Source: Candidatus Omnitrophota bacterium
Lineage (GTDB): Bacteria; Omnitrophota; Gorgyraeia; JAGLLT01
NCBI GenBank assembly: GCA_023140385.1
Contig: JAGLLT010000039.1
Coordinates: 34,381 to 98,380 of the forward strand
Length of the DNA: 64,000 nucleotides
Direction: 5' to 3'
Within the stretch, counting starts at the first letter, position 1. Each line of letters starts with the position of its first letter. A model generated the notes under the pieces. The model worked only from the letters and a program-made list of their open reading frames with translations. It was not told the DNA's origin and did no database searches. Position numbers and translations under genes: made by a program. Shown here piece after piece: positions 38,541 to 48,621 of the stretch.

Positions 38541-38819
38541 ATGGAGAAAACTTTATTATCAATGGCGGTGATGGGCGGTTTGGCAGCCCTTCTGGGAATA
38601 ATATTGAGTGCCGCCTACAGCAAGTTAAAGGTTGAGGAAGATCCCGGAGTTGAGAAAATAACTGAACTCCTGCCCGGCGTCAATTGCGGCGCCTGCGGTT
38701 TTGCCAGCTGTGAGGAGTTTGCCCGACAGCTTGTCAGGAAAGAAACGGATATTGAAAAATGCCGAATTACTTTTAGAAACAAAGAGGTTGTTATGAAGAT
38801 TAAAAATTTGACCCCTTAA
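38541..38819 (+). CDS. rnfB: Rnf complex subunit B, N-terminal domain only (membrane anchor + Cys-cluster, no ferredoxin domains)
   Basis: 92 aa. [17 protein letters not shown] matches the RnfB N-terminal cluster. No ferredoxin CxxCxxCxxxCP motifs are present, and no downstream remnant exists because the pyrR leader follows. Confidence 0.65.
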   Translation: MEKTLLSMAVMGGLAALLGIILSAAYSKLKVEEDPGVEKITELLPGVNCGACGFASCEEFARQLVRKETDIEKCRITFRNKEVVMKIKNLTP

Positions 38820-38830
38820 TCTTAAAAGAC

Positions 38831-38859
38831 TTGACAAAAAGAACTGATATGGTAATATA
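38831..38859 (+). promoter_or_regulatory. Candidate promoter of the pyr operon (TTGACA-16/17-TAATAT)
   Basis: Read from the sequence. Confidence 0.4.
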
Positions 38860-38875
38860 TCGTATAAGAGAATAA

Positions 38876-38991
38876 GTCCTTTTAATCCGGCCCGGCGAGG
38901 CTGGCAAGGGAGAAAAAAGATGTTAAGATTACGCAAAATGGGAATTAAAAAAACAAAACCTACCTCGCGGCAAGAGGCGGGTTATTTTTTT
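38876..38991 (+). promoter_or_regulatory. PyrR-binding attenuator (binding loop AAUCCGGCCCGGCGAGGCUGGCAAGGGAG) with a downstream GC hairpin + U-run terminator and an overlapping 37-codon leader ORF (38920-39031)
   Basis: UCC...GAGGCU resembles the PyrR binding-loop consensus. The hairpin cctcgc/gcgggtt is followed by ttattttttt. The element sits immediately upstream of pyrR. Confidence 0.5.
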
Positions 38992-39019
38992 GCCTTTTTA
39001 AAAAAACAGGATACGGGAT

Positions 39020-39571
39020 ATGTCTTTAAATGATAACAAGATAATTATGGACAAGGAGCAAATTAAGAGGGCTTTGTTTCGTATTAGCCATGAGGTTCTT
39101 GAAAAGAACAAGGGGACTAAAAATCTGGCTATAATAGGAATCAGAAACAAAGGGGCTTATCTGGCCGCGAGAATGGCCGATTATATTAAAGAAATAGACA
39201 GCAAGGCCGTTCCAGTTGGGATACTTGACATTACACTTTATAGAGACGATTTGACTACAATTGCCTGGCAGCCGGTAGTCCGTAAAACGGAAATTGATTT
39301 TGATATTACCGGCAAGAATATTATTTTAGTTGACGATGTCCTCTTTACGGGCCGTACAATCAGATGCGCCCTGGATGCCTTGATAGACTTTGGCAGGCCC
39401 AAAAATATACAGCTCGCTATCCTTATAGACAGGGGCCACAGGGAACTTCCTATACGAGCCGACTATGTGGGTAAAAATGTGCCCACTTCGTTAAATGAAA
39501 CGGTTGATGTTAGCTTAATAGGGGCGGACGCGGTAGATAAAGTAAGTGTCAGGAAGGTGGGTAAGCAATGA
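39020..39571 (+). CDS. pyrR: Pyrimidine operon regulator / uracil phosphoribosyltransferase PyrR
   Basis: PRTase motif [18 protein letters not shown]. The protein is 183 aa. Confidence 0.9.
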   Translation: MSLNDNKIIMDKEQIKRALFRISHEVLEKNKGTKNLAIIGIRNKGAYLAARMADYIKEIDSKAVPVGILDITLYRDDLTTIAWQPVVRKTEIDFDITGKNIILVDDVLFTGRTIRCALDALIDFGRPKNIQLAILIDRGHRELPIRADYVGKNVPTSLNETVDVSLIGADAVDKVSVRKVGKQ

Positions 39572-40512
39572 GTGATTGGAAAAAGCGCGACCTGCTTACG
39601 CTTGAGTCTTTGGATAAAGATGAGATCAATCACATCCTACGTACGGCCGAGTCTTTTAAGGAGATATCCACCAGGTCTATAAAGAAGGTGCCGGCGCTAA
39701 GAGGGAAAACCATTGCCTCTCTGTTTTTTGAAGCCTCAACGCGCACACGAACCTCTTTTGAGCTGGCCGCCAAAAGACTTTCAGCTGACGTAGTGAGTAT
39801 ACATTCGTCAAGCAGTTCTGTCTTAAAAGGCGAGAGCCTGATAGATACTGCCCGTAATATTGAGGCTATGCGCGTAGACGGAATTATAATAAGGCACTCT
39901 TCGGCCGGCGCGCCCCGCCTTTTATCCGCGAAGGTAAGTGTTCCGGTAATAAATGCCGGTGACGGAGCCCATGAGCATCCTACTCAGGGCTTACTCGATA
40001 TTTTTACCATAAAGCAGAAGAAAAAAAAGATAGAGGGATTGAAGGTGAGTATTGTCGGAGATATTTTGCACTCGCGGGTAGCCAGAAGTAATATCTGGGG
40101 ATTAAGCAAATTGGGGGCGAAAGTCTGCGTTTGCGGCCCGGCCACCCTCTTGCCGCCCTGCATTGAAAAGTTTCCTGTTAGGGTAGTCACCAACCTGAAG
40201 GAGGCCCTGGCGGGCGCTGATGTGGTAATCGCCCTCAGGATACAGCTTGAGAGGCAGAAGGAAAGGTTTTTTCCTACTTTAAGAGAGTACTCAAGGGAGT
40301 ATGGTATAGACAAGGAGAATATTAAGTTAGCAAAAAGGGATGTCTTAATTATGCATCCGGGGCCGGTTAACCGCGGCATTGAACTTTCTCAGGATGTTAT
40401 AGATGGGCCGCGTTCGGTTATCCTTGAGCAGGTAACCAACGGTGTGGCTGTCAGAATGGCTGTTTTGTATTTGCTATTACAAAAAGAGGAAACGAATGAG
40501 TCTATTAGTTAA
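39568..40512 (+). CDS. pyrB: Aspartate carbamoyltransferase catalytic subunit
   Basis: STRTR and HPTQ motifs. Confidence 0.9.
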   Translation: MSDWKKRDLLTLESLDKDEINHILRTAESFKEISTRSIKKVPALRGKTIASLFFEASTRTRTSFELAAKRLSADVVSIHSSSSSVLKGESLIDTARNIEAMRVDGIIIRHSSAGAPRLLSAKVSVPVINAGDGAHEHPTQGLLDIFTIKQKKKKIEGLKVSIVGDILHSRVARSNIWGLSKLGAKVCVCGPATLLPPCIEKFPVRVVTNLKEALAGADVVIALRIQLERQKERFFPTLREYSREYGIDKENIKLAKRDVLIMHPGPVNRGIELSQDVIDGPRSVILEQVTNGVAVRMAVLYLLLQKEETNESIS

Positions 40513-41779
40513 AGGAGCGAGAGTAATAAGCCCCGGGGACAATCTTGATAAAGAGATTGATATTCTAATAAAAAAAGGTGTTATTGAGAAAATCGCGAAG
40601 GGCATAAAAGCTCCGAAGGCAAAAATAATTAACGCTAAAGGTAAAGTCGCTGTTCCCGGTTTAATAGATATGCACACCCATCTGAGAGAACCCGGCAGAG
40701 AAGATAAGGAAAGTCTGTATACCGGTTCACTGGCAGCGGTAGCCGGCGGTTTTACGGCAGTTGCCTGTATGGCCAACACTAATCCGCCTCTGGATTCTGA
40801 GCAGGATATGGAGTATATCTATACTGAAGCAAAGAAAATCGGTTTAGTAGATATCCTTCCTATAGCCGCGGTTACTAAAAATATGGAACAGAAGGAACTT
40901 ACGGAAGCGGCTAAGCTAAAGAAGGCCGGCGCTGTGGCTCTTTCCGAGGACGGGCACCCTATCTTAAATAGTAGTTTTATGAGGCACGCTCTTGAGTATG
41001 CCAATATGTACGGTTTAATTATTATCTGCCACTGTGAAGATAAAGCGCTTTCTGCCGGCGGCGTTATGAACGAAGGCTATATGAGCAGTTTGTTGGGATT
41101 AAAGGGCATACCCGCCGAAGCCGAAGCAATAATAGTTAGCAGGGATATTAATTTGGCCAGGAGAACATCCGGGCGTATTCATATAGCTCATGTCAGCTGC
41201 AAAGAGTCTGTCGCTTTAATAAGGCAGGCAAAGAAAGAGGGTGTAAAGATTACGGCTGAGACCTGCCCCCATTATTTTAGCCTTTCTGATGAAGAGCTAA
41301 AAGAGTATGATGCTAATTTTAAGGTTAATCCTCCCTTAAGGGCCAAAGAGGACATAGCCGCTATAAAGGAGGCTTTGGCTGATAACACCATAGATATTAT
41401 TGTCTCCGACCACGCGCCGCATCTGGAAAGCGAGAAGGAGCTGGAATTTGATAGAGCTCCTTTTGGTATGACCGGACTTGAAACTTCGCTGGGTGTGTCC
41501 TACGGCCTGGTTGAGGAAAAGGTGTTATCTTTAGGGGAGTTGGTAAATAAAATGTCGGTAAGGCCTGCCGGGATTTTTGGATTAGATAAAGGCTCTTTAA
41601 AGGAAGGTGACGCCGCCGATATAACCGTTATAGATCTTTCAACATCCTGGGTGGTTAAAAAGGAAAACTTTAAGTCTAAAGGCGGCAACTCCGCCTTTAT
41701 CGGTAAAGAACTAAAAGCCAGGGCAACCGAAGTAATTTTCTCAGGGCGCCTGGTAATGGAGAACGGAAAAGTTTTATAA
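40496..41779 (+). CDS. pyrC: Dihydroorotase
   Basis: [10 protein letters not shown] metal-binding motif. The likely start is ATG 40496 ([11 protein letters not shown]), overlapping the pyrB end. Confidence 0.85.
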   Translation: MSLLVKGARVISPGDNLDKEIDILIKKGVIEKIAKGIKAPKAKIINAKGKVAVPGLIDMHTHLREPGREDKESLYTGSLAAVAGGFTAVACMANTNPPLDSEQDMEYIYTEAKKIGLVDILPIAAVTKNMEQKELTEAAKLKKAGAVALSEDGHPILNSSFMRHALEYANMYGLIIICHCEDKALSAGGVMNEGYMSSLLGLKGIPAEAEAIIVSRDINLARRTSGRIHIAHVSCKESVALIRQAKKEGVKITAETCPHYFSLSDEELKEYDANFKVNPPLRAKEDIAAIKEALADNTIDIIVSDHAPHLESEKELEFDRAPFGMTGLETSLGVSYGLVEEKVLSLGELVNKMSVRPAGIFGLDKGSLKEGDAADITVIDLSTSWVVKKENFKSKGGNSAFIGKELKARATEVIFSGRLVMENGKVL

Positions 41780-41796
41780 ACACAGGAGGTAATTGG

Positions 41797-42087
41797 ATGA
41801 AAAAAGTTACGCGGACGATGGTTATTTTTGCTTTAGCCGGCGCCATTCTCGTTTCTAATCTGGGCTGTATCATGGGAACACAGAACAGAGTAAAATACAG
41901 GGAGCTCGCGGGCAAGCAAAAGGCTCAAGCTGAGGAGTGGCTCCATAGCGCTAACCTATTATGTAATGTTAAAGATTACAACTTCGCCCTGGAGTATTAT
42001 AAAAAAGTAATTACCTACTATCCGTATACCGAGTATGCTAAAAAGGCTCAGGCTAAAATCATAGAGATAGAGAAAATGACAGATTGA
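41797..42087 (+). CDS. Small lipoprotein (lipobox LGC), hypothetical
   Basis: MKKVTRTMVIFALAGAILVSNLGC signal peptide with lipobox. Confidence 0.4.
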   Translation: MKKVTRTMVIFALAGAILVSNLGCIMGTQNRVKYRELAGKQKAQAEEWLHSANLLCNVKDYNFALEYYKKVITYYPYTEYAKKAQAKIIEIEKMTD

Positions 42088-42094
42088 CCGGCCG

Positions 42095-43324
42095 ATGGAG
42101 ATAGTTGCTGACTTTCATGTCCATTCAAAGTATTCAAGGGCAACCAGCAAGAATATGGACATTGACCATTTAAGTATGGCTGCCGCGATTAAAGGAGTAA
42201 ACCTTTTAGGCACGGGGGACTTTACTCATCCTCAGTGGTTTTTAGAGTTAAAAAATAAGCTGGAGTTCAGGTCGTACGGTATCTATGATTACAAGGGTAT
42301 CAGCTATATCCTGACCGCCGAGGTAAGCAATATCTACCATAAGGCGGGCAGAACAAGAAGGATTCACAATCTTATTTTCGCTCCCGGCTTTAAGGTTGTC
42401 AAAGAGATAAATGCCGCGCTTGAGGAGTATGGCAGTTTATTCTCTGACGGCAGGCCCATATTAAAGCTTGACTCAAAAGAGATGGTTAAAATTATTCTTT
42501 CAATTAGTGAAGACTGTATAATCATCCCGGCTCACATCTGGACTCCCTGGTTTGGCCTGTTGGGTTCGAAGACAGGCTTTGATTCTCTTGAAGAGTGTTT
42601 TGAGGAGGAGATCGAAAATATCTATGCCTTGGAAACCGGTTTGAGCAGTGACCCGGCAATGAATTGGCGCCTGAGTAAACTTGACAGGTTTACCTTGATT
42701 TCAAATTCTGACGCTCATTCACCGATGAACATTGCCAGAGAGGCCAACGTTTTTAATTCAAAGTTAGATTACAGTGAGTTAATAAATATAATTAAGGAGA
42801 AAGACAATAAAAAATTTAGTTATACGGTGGAATTTTTTCCGCAGGAAGGAAAGTATCACTATGACGGCCACAGAAACTGCGGCCGGTGCCTGAACCCCAA
42901 AGAGTCAATAAGCTTAAACAATAAGTGCCCGAAGTGCGGCCGGGAGGTAACGGTGGGCGTTATGCACAGGGTAGAAAAATTGAGTGACAGGGAGGAGGGA
43001 TACAGCCGGGACAGCTTTATTCCTTTTAAGAACCTGATACCTCTGAGAGAAATAGTTTCTGAGGTAAAGAATATTGGAGTTAACTCCCGGACGGTTGAGA
43101 ATGAATATAAAAGTATCATCGGCAGATTTAAATCGGAGTTTAACGTTTTGGTGAGGGCTAAAGAAGAGGAGCTGCGTAGTTCTCTGCCGTATAAGATAGC
43201 TGAAGGTATAATGAGGGTTAGGCGGAGGCAGGTGGAGATTTGTCCCGGGTATGACGGTGAGTATGGGAAGATAAAGATTTTTAATGAGAAGGAGAAAAAA
43301 GAGGAGCAGTTAAGCCTTTTTTGA
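42095..43324 (+). CDS. PHP-domain nuclease with a C-terminal zinc ribbon, EndoQ-like (TIGR00375-type)
   Basis: N-terminal DFHVHSKYSRATS PHP motif. Further H/D motifs and CGRCL...CPKCGREVTVGVMHR. About 409 aa. Confidence 0.5.
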   Translation: MEIVADFHVHSKYSRATSKNMDIDHLSMAAAIKGVNLLGTGDFTHPQWFLELKNKLEFRSYGIYDYKGISYILTAEVSNIYHKAGRTRRIHNLIFAPGFKVVKEINAALEEYGSLFSDGRPILKLDSKEMVKIILSISEDCIIIPAHIWTPWFGLLGSKTGFDSLEECFEEEIENIYALETGLSSDPAMNWRLSKLDRFTLISNSDAHSPMNIAREANVFNSKLDYSELINIIKEKDNKKFSYTVEFFPQEGKYHYDGHRNCGRCLNPKESISLNNKCPKCGREVTVGVMHRVEKLSDREEGYSRDSFIPFKNLIPLREIVSEVKNIGVNSRTVENEYKSIIGRFKSEFNVLVRAKEEELRSSLPYKIAEGIMRVRRRQVEICPGYDGEYGKIKIFNEKEKKEEQLSLF

Positions 43325-43328
43325 TAAA

Positions 43329-44114
43329 ATGATGATGCATCAGGGAAACTTCAAAATCATTAGTAATGAAAAAACTGCCGGCGGCTGTTTCAGGCTGAGG
43401 GTTATGGCGCCGGAGGCCGCGGAGGAAGCGCGGCCGGGACAGTTTGTTCACTTGCGCGTACAGCAGGAAATTGATAAACCTTTTTTAAGAAGGCCATTCG
43501 CGGTTTGTGATGTAAAAGACAATGGTGTGCTTGAAATTTTATACAAGGTCAGGGGGCGGGGCACCTCCCTGCTTAGTGAAAAAAAAGAGGGAGGCTTGCT
43601 TGATGTAATCGGGCCGCTGGGAAATGGTTTTGATTGTAACGTCGAACCCAAAAGGGCATTAGTGGTGGCGGGTGGCATAGGAATAGCGCCTCTGATTTTT
43701 TTATCCCGCAAGCTCCTTGACGCGGGCAGAGAGGTTGTATTTATGAGGGGAGCGGTTACTGCCGGGGACGTCCTGTGCTGCCGCGAACTTAAAAATATGA
43801 AGCTAAAGGTAATTACGGCTACTGAAGACGGTTCAGGGGGTATAAAGTCTAAAATTACAGAGGTGCTCGAAAATTATTTGCGGAAAGAGAAAGATAAAGA
43901 GATGGAGATTTTTGCCGCCGGCCCAAGGCCTATGCTAAGGGTTGTTGCCCGGTTAAGCGGGGAGTATAAGATAGAGAGCCAGGTTAGTATGGATGAGATG
44001 ATGGCTTGTGGAGTAGGAGTTTGTTTGGGGTGCGCTGTAATGACCAGAAACGGTTATAAACTGGCCTGCAAGGATGGCCCGGTTTTTAAGGCAGGTGATA
44101 TAATTTGGGAGTAG
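43329..44114 (+). CDS. pyrK: Dihydroorotate dehydrogenase electron-transfer subunit
   Basis: FNR-like FAD/NAD-binding fold and a C-terminal 2Fe-2S CGVGVCLGCAV. Confidence 0.85.
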   Translation: MMMHQGNFKIISNEKTAGGCFRLRVMAPEAAEEARPGQFVHLRVQQEIDKPFLRRPFAVCDVKDNGVLEILYKVRGRGTSLLSEKKEGGLLDVIGPLGNGFDCNVEPKRALVVAGGIGIAPLIFLSRKLLDAGREVVFMRGAVTAGDVLCCRELKNMKLKVITATEDGSGGIKSKITEVLENYLRKEKDKEMEIFAAGPRPMLRVVARLSGEYKIESQVSMDEMMACGVGVCLGCAVMTRNGYKLACKDGPVFKAGDIIWE

Positions 44115-45028
44115 ATTTATCGGTTACATTAGGCAAGATTAAAATGGCCAATCCGGTTATGGTCTCCTCGGGAACTTTTGGCTGCGGCTCAGAGTACGGG
44201 GATTTAGTGGATGTAAACAGTCTGGGGGCTATAGTGACCAAGACGGTTACCTTGAAGCCGCGTTCCGGCAACCCGCCTCCCAGAATAGCGGAGTCCGCCT
44301 CCGGTATGCTAAATGCTATAGGATTAGAAAACATCGGCATAGACCGCTTTATTGAGGAAAAACTTCCTTACTTAAGAAGCTTAAGAGTACCGGTTATTAT
44401 TAGTATTGCCGGCGATACTGTAGAAGAGTATGTCTGTTTAGCCGAACGTTTAAATAAAGAAAAAGCTGCCGCCCTGGAGTTGAATATTTCCTGTCCTAAC
44501 GTTAAATCGAAAAAAGGGCGCATGTTCTCCCAGGACAAGGAGGGGGTTAAGGAGGTGGTGTCTGCCGCAAGGAGGCAAACTAAAGCTACCCTTATTGTTA
44601 AATTGTCACCCAATGTAACTGATATAAAAGAGATAGCCATGGCCGCGGAAGAAGCGGGAGCGGATGTTATTTCGCTGGTGAACACTTTTGGCGGTATGTT
44701 GGTGGATATAGAAAAAAAAGTTCCAAAATTGGGCAATGTTACCGGCGGTCTGAGCGGTCCGGCCATCAAACCCATCGCGCTTAGAATGGTTTACGAAGCG
44801 GCCTCTTGTGTTGATATTCCCGTTGTCGGCCAGGGGGGCATTATGAACTGGGAAGACGCGCTGGAATTTATTATCGTGGGAGCGGATGCTGTTTCAATCG
44901 GTACGGCAAATTTTATTGATCCGCGAAGTACCTTCAAAATATTAGAGGGTATTAAAAAATATATGGCTGCCGGAGGGCTTAAAGAGATAAGCCGGCTCGT
45001 TGGAACTTTAAAGATAAGCAGGGAGTAA
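44105..45028 (+). CDS. pyrD: Dihydroorotate dehydrogenase catalytic subunit (class 1B)
   Basis: TIM-barrel FMN enzyme. The motifs NISCPN and NTFGG are present. Confidence 0.9.
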   Translation: MGVDLSVTLGKIKMANPVMVSSGTFGCGSEYGDLVDVNSLGAIVTKTVTLKPRSGNPPPRIAESASGMLNAIGLENIGIDRFIEEKLPYLRSLRVPVIISIAGDTVEEYVCLAERLNKEKAAALELNISCPNVKSKKGRMFSQDKEGVKEVVSAARRQTKATLIVKLSPNVTDIKEIAMAAEEAGADVISLVNTFGGMLVDIEKKVPKLGNVTGGLSGPAIKPIALRMVYEAASCVDIPVVGQGGIMNWEDALEFIIVGADAVSIGTANFIDPRSTFKILEGIKKYMAAGGLKEISRLVGTLKISRE

Positions 45029-45029
45029 T

Positions 45030-45740
45030 ATGAAGTCAAAACTTATTGTGGCTTTAGACGTTGATACTATAAAAGAGGCTGAGAACCTTTTGAAGAAACT
45101 TCATAAGGAAGTAGAAATTTTTAAGATCGGCCCTCAGTTATTTACAAGATACGGCCCCCGGATTATAAAAACAGTTCATAAATTTAAGCGCGGGGTTTTT
45201 TTAGATCTTAAGCTTCATGATATTCCTAATACTGTTGCCAATACGGCTACCCAGATTACAAGATTAAAAGTTTTTATGTTTACGGTTCATACGCAAGGCG
45301 GTTCGGAAATGATGCGGAAGGCTCAGGGGGCTGCCGCGGAAGAGGCCGGGAAAATGGGGATAAAGCCCCCGGTTATTTTAGGAGTAACGGTGCTCTCAAG
45401 CTTTAATAGAAAAGACTTAAGGGAATTAAATGTAAGCGGCGCGGTTGATGAACAGGTTGCGCGCCTTGTAAGGCTGGCCAGGAAGGCGGGCATAGGAGGA
45501 GTGGTACTTTCACCTAAAGAAGCGGCCGGAGCGAGAAAGATTGCCGGCAGAGATTTTATTATTGTTTGTCCCGGCATAAGGCCGGCGGGCTATAAAAAGG
45601 ATGATCAGAAAAGAACAGCCGGTCCCAAAAAGGCAATTGAGAGCGGAGCTGATTATATAGTTGTCGGGCGGCCTGTAATTAAAGCGGCCAGGCCCGGGGA
45701 GGCGGCCAGGGAGATATTGGCAGAAATTAAAGGAGATTAA
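45030..45740 (+). CDS. pyrF: Orotidine 5'-phosphate decarboxylase
   Basis: LIVALDV...DLKLHDIPNT. Confidence 0.9.
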   Translation: MKSKLIVALDVDTIKEAENLLKKLHKEVEIFKIGPQLFTRYGPRIIKTVHKFKRGVFLDLKLHDIPNTVANTATQITRLKVFMFTVHTQGGSEMMRKAQGAAAEEAGKMGIKPPVILGVTVLSSFNRKDLRELNVSGAVDEQVARLVRLARKAGIGGVVLSPKEAAGARKIAGRDFIIVCPGIRPAGYKKDDQKRTAGPKKAIESGADYIVVGRPVIKAARPGEAAREILAEIKGD

Positions 45741-45746
45741 CCGAGT

Positions 45747-46316
45747 ATGACCGAGAAAGAAATTCTGGATATATTTATCGACTGCGGCGCCTTAATAGAA
45801 GGGCATTTTCTACTTACCTCGGGACTGCACTCAAAAAAGTACTTTCAAAAGAGTTTAGTCCTGCAGTATCCTCAATATACTGAAAAACTTTGCCGCCAGC
45901 TTAGTAAAAAATTCGCTTCCAAAAAGGTAGATGTGGTTATCGCTCCGGCCGTCGGCGCTATTGTTCTCTCTTATCAGTTAGCATCCATTTTTAAGTGCCG
46001 GTCTATCTTTACAGAAAGGCTTGACGGTAAGATGCTTCTGAGAAGGGATTTTAAGATTGCCACCGGCGAAAAGGTGCTTATCGCCGAGGACATTGTGACT
46101 ACCGGCGGTTCGGTTATGGAGTTGGTGGAGCTGGTTCGCGGAGAGGGGGGCGAAGTGATTGGAGTTTGTGCCCTGGTAGACAGGTCAAAGAAGAAAAATA
46201 AGTTTGAAGATGTAGAGTTCAAAAGCCTCCTCAGGCTGAATCTGAAAACCTACAAACCTCAAGAGTGCCCCATGTGCAAAAAAGGCCTGCCGCTCATAAA
46301 GCATGGAAGCAGGTAA
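45747..46316 (+). CDS. pyrE: Orotate phosphoribosyltransferase
   Basis: PRTase motif VLIAEDIVTTGGS. Confidence 0.9.
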   Translation: MTEKEILDIFIDCGALIEGHFLLTSGLHSKKYFQKSLVLQYPQYTEKLCRQLSKKFASKKVDVVIAPAVGAIVLSYQLASIFKCRSIFTERLDGKMLLRRDFKIATGEKVLIAEDIVTTGGSVMELVELVRGEGGEVIGVCALVDRSKKKNKFEDVEFKSLLRLNLKTYKPQECPMCKKGLPLIKHGSR

Positions 46317-46346
46317 AATAGCGTATAGAAAATAGCGTAGAGCGTT

Positions 46347-46467
46347 TAGCGGATAGCGTATAGAAAAAGCAAATATAAAATATTAAAAATCAAAATAACA
46401 TATAAAAAATAGCGGGTACGCCGGGTTGATGGGTTTGCTGTTTTTTTGCTTTTATACGCTATCCGCT
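46347..46467. repeat. Long hairpin element: ~24-bp arms agcggatagcgtatag(gaa)aaagcaaa / tttgcttttatacgctatccgct around a ~70-nt AT-rich loop, preceded by atagcgta direct repeats
   Basis: Read from the sequence after pyrE. Confidence 0.5.
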
Positions 46468-46561
46468 AGTACTTTGTAATCAAATAACTTGACAGTTATT
46501 TTGATAGACGTATAATGATGTTATTGCTTTAGTTGTTACTAATTTGAAAGGGATAGTTACA

Positions 46562-47437
46562 TTGCTTAAAAGTATGACCGGCTATGGGAGCGGTAAGGTA
46601 AGCACGGCTTCGGGGCTGGTGACGGTTGAAATTAGAAGTTTGAATTACCGCTACCTGGAGGTTATTGTCCGCCTGCCGGAAAACATTCTGTGTTTTGAAA
46701 AGAAGGTAAAACAGCTTGCCCAGCAGAAAATCAGGCGGGGACGCGTTAATATTAATTTAAATTTTGAAAGTCATAACGAAGATAACTTCAGGATTGAAAT
46801 TAATAAAAAGCTGGCCACCGGTTACTTAAATGGCCTCGAAAAGCTTAAAAAGGAGTTTAAATTCAAGGAGTCAATAACTCTGCCTCAGCTTTTATCTTTT
46901 CCCGATGTCCTGGTATACAAAAGAAAAAATACCTACCTGGAACGGGAGTGGCCGAGAATAAAAAAGGCTGTAGGGGCCGCCCTTGACAGTTTAATTAAGT
47001 CACGCGGCCTTGAAGGCAGGTTTATGTATAATGACCTTTATAAAAGGACGCGGATTATTGAGAGCTTGCTGTTGAAGATTGAAAAAAGGATACCGCTGAT
47101 GCTTAATAAATATAAAAAGCGACTTTTAAGACGTTTTCAGCGGCCTCATATGAAAACAGTAAAGAGCGAAAGGCTGGAGTCTGACTTTGCTTCTTTTGTC
47201 CAGGGCTGTGATGTTAGTGAAGAGATTACCCGCGTTAAAGCCCACGTAAAAAATTTCAAACAGGTCTTAAAAGCAAATGAAGAAGTGGGAAAGAAACTGG
47301 ACTTTATTGCTCAGGAGTTATCGCGCGAAGCCAATACCATTGCCGCCAAAACCCAGGATTTTACGGTATCCAAAAGTGTAATTGAGATTAAGGCTGAAAT
47401 AGAGAAGATAAGAGAACAGGCGCAAAACGTAGAATGA
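46562..47437 (+). CDS. yicC: YicC-family protein
   Basis: The [12 protein letters not shown]-terminus matches the YicC start when TTG 46562 is used, and an AAAGGGA RBS lies upstream. ATG 46544 is an alternative start. Confidence 0.7.
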   Translation: MLKSMTGYGSGKVSTASGLVTVEIRSLNYRYLEVIVRLPENILCFEKKVKQLAQQKIRRGRVNINLNFESHNEDNFRIEINKKLATGYLNGLEKLKKEFKFKESITLPQLLSFPDVLVYKRKNTYLEREWPRIKKAVGAALDSLIKSRGLEGRFMYNDLYKRTRIIESLLLKIEKRIPLMLNKYKKRLLRRFQRPHMKTVKSERLESDFASFVQGCDVSEEITRVKAHVKNFKQVLKANEEVGKKLDFIAQELSREANTIAAKTQDFTVSKSVIEIKAEIEKIREQAQNVE

Positions 47438-47697
47438 AAAAAAAGGCCGGAGCGGGCTGCAGCAGACGCTTCATCAATATCGGTTTTGATAACGTAGTTT
47501 CTATAGATAAGATAGTGGCTATACTTTTACCCCAGGCGGCTCCGATAAAAAGGATTAGAGAAGAGGCGCGCCGGCGCAATAAACTAATAGATGCCACCAA
47601 TGGCAGGAGAACACGCGCCGTGATCATTACCAACAGTGATCATATAGTGCTTTCCGCTATTCAGCCCGATACTATAACCAACAGAATAGAAGGATAG
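47434..47697 (+). CDS. remA: DUF370 / RemA-like small DNA-binding regulator
   Basis: [10 protein letters not shown]...[29 protein letters not shown] aligns with RemA/YlzA. The yicC-remA-gmk synteny matches that in Firmicutes. Confidence 0.7.
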   Translation: MKKKAGAGCSRRFINIGFDNVVSIDKIVAILLPQAAPIKRIREEARRRNKLIDATNGRRTRAVIITNSDHIVLSAIQPDTITNRIEG

Positions 47698-47714
47698 GTT
47701 CTTCATCTTTTGAT

Positions 47715-48284
47715 ATGCGAGACAGAGGCAGGCTATTTATAATATCAGCTCCTTCAGGGAGCGGTAAAACTACCTTAGAAAAGATGCTTTTACGCGCCGG
47801 GCTGAATTTGGAAAAATCAGTCTCTGTTACTACCCGCCGGCCGAGAAAGGGCGAAAAGAACAGCCGTGACTACTATTTTATATCAGAAAGTGATTTTTTA
47901 AAAAAGAGAGAAAACGATGATTTTCTGGAGTGGGCGAAAGTTTTTGACAGCTATTACGCTACGCCGAAAGCAAAGATTGAAGAAGCGCTTAACAAGGGGA
48001 AAAACGTAATTTTGAGTATTGACGTGCAGGGAGCAAAGCAGGTTAAAAGGAGTCATCCGGAAGCTGTGCTGATATTTCTGAAGGCGCCTGACGCTGAAGC
48101 CTTGCGGGCAAGGTTAACGGAGAGGCTGACCAATACGCCTCGAGAGATTGAAAGAAGGCTTCAGACTGCCGTGAAGGAGCTGGCTCAAAGCGGATTTTAC
48201 GACTACGTAGTTATAAATGACGATTTAAATAGAGCGTTTGAGGAGTTAAGAGGTATAATTCAGGATAACTTAAAGAGGTGTTAA
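47715..48284 (+). CDS. gmk: Guanylate kinase
   Basis: ISAPSGSGKTTL P-loop. Confidence 0.9.
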   Translation: MRDRGRLFIISAPSGSGKTTLEKMLLRAGLNLEKSVSVTTRRPRKGEKNSRDYYFISESDFLKKRENDDFLEWAKVFDSYYATPKAKIEEALNKGKNVILSIDVQGAKQVKRSHPEAVLIFLKAPDAEALRARLTERLTNTPREIERRLQTAVKELAQSGFYDYVVINDDLNRAFEELRGIIQDNLKRC

Positions 48285-48285
48285 A

Positions 48286-48489
48286 ATGATTGATGTATCA
48301 CTTGAGGAGTTGTTAAAAAAGACCGGGAGTTTGTATAAGTTGGTTAATCTGGCTTCCAAAAGAGCGCTTCAGCTAAATGAAGGGGCGACTGCCATGGTTA
48401 AGAGTGATGAAAAGATGAAGTATCCCGCCATAGCTTTAAAGGAAATTTTAGAAGGTAAAATAGACTATAAGGTCAAAAGTGGTAAGTAA
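48286..48489 (+). CDS. rpoZ: RNA polymerase omega subunit
   Basis: KYKLVNLASKRALQL is an RpoZ-like segment. Confidence 0.85.
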   Translation: MIDVSLEELLKKTGSLYKLVNLASKRALQLNEGATAMVKSDEKMKYPAIALKEILEGKIDYKVKSGK

Positions 48490-48621
48490 TATATAGGTTC
48501 TTTCTTGTTTAAGTTGGACGAAATAACCTGATTACAGCGATACCCTTACGGGCACAAGTTAAAAAACCGATTACATCGAGTTTATTGATTAATTTTTATG
48601 TTCTTAGAAAGGTAAGCTTGT

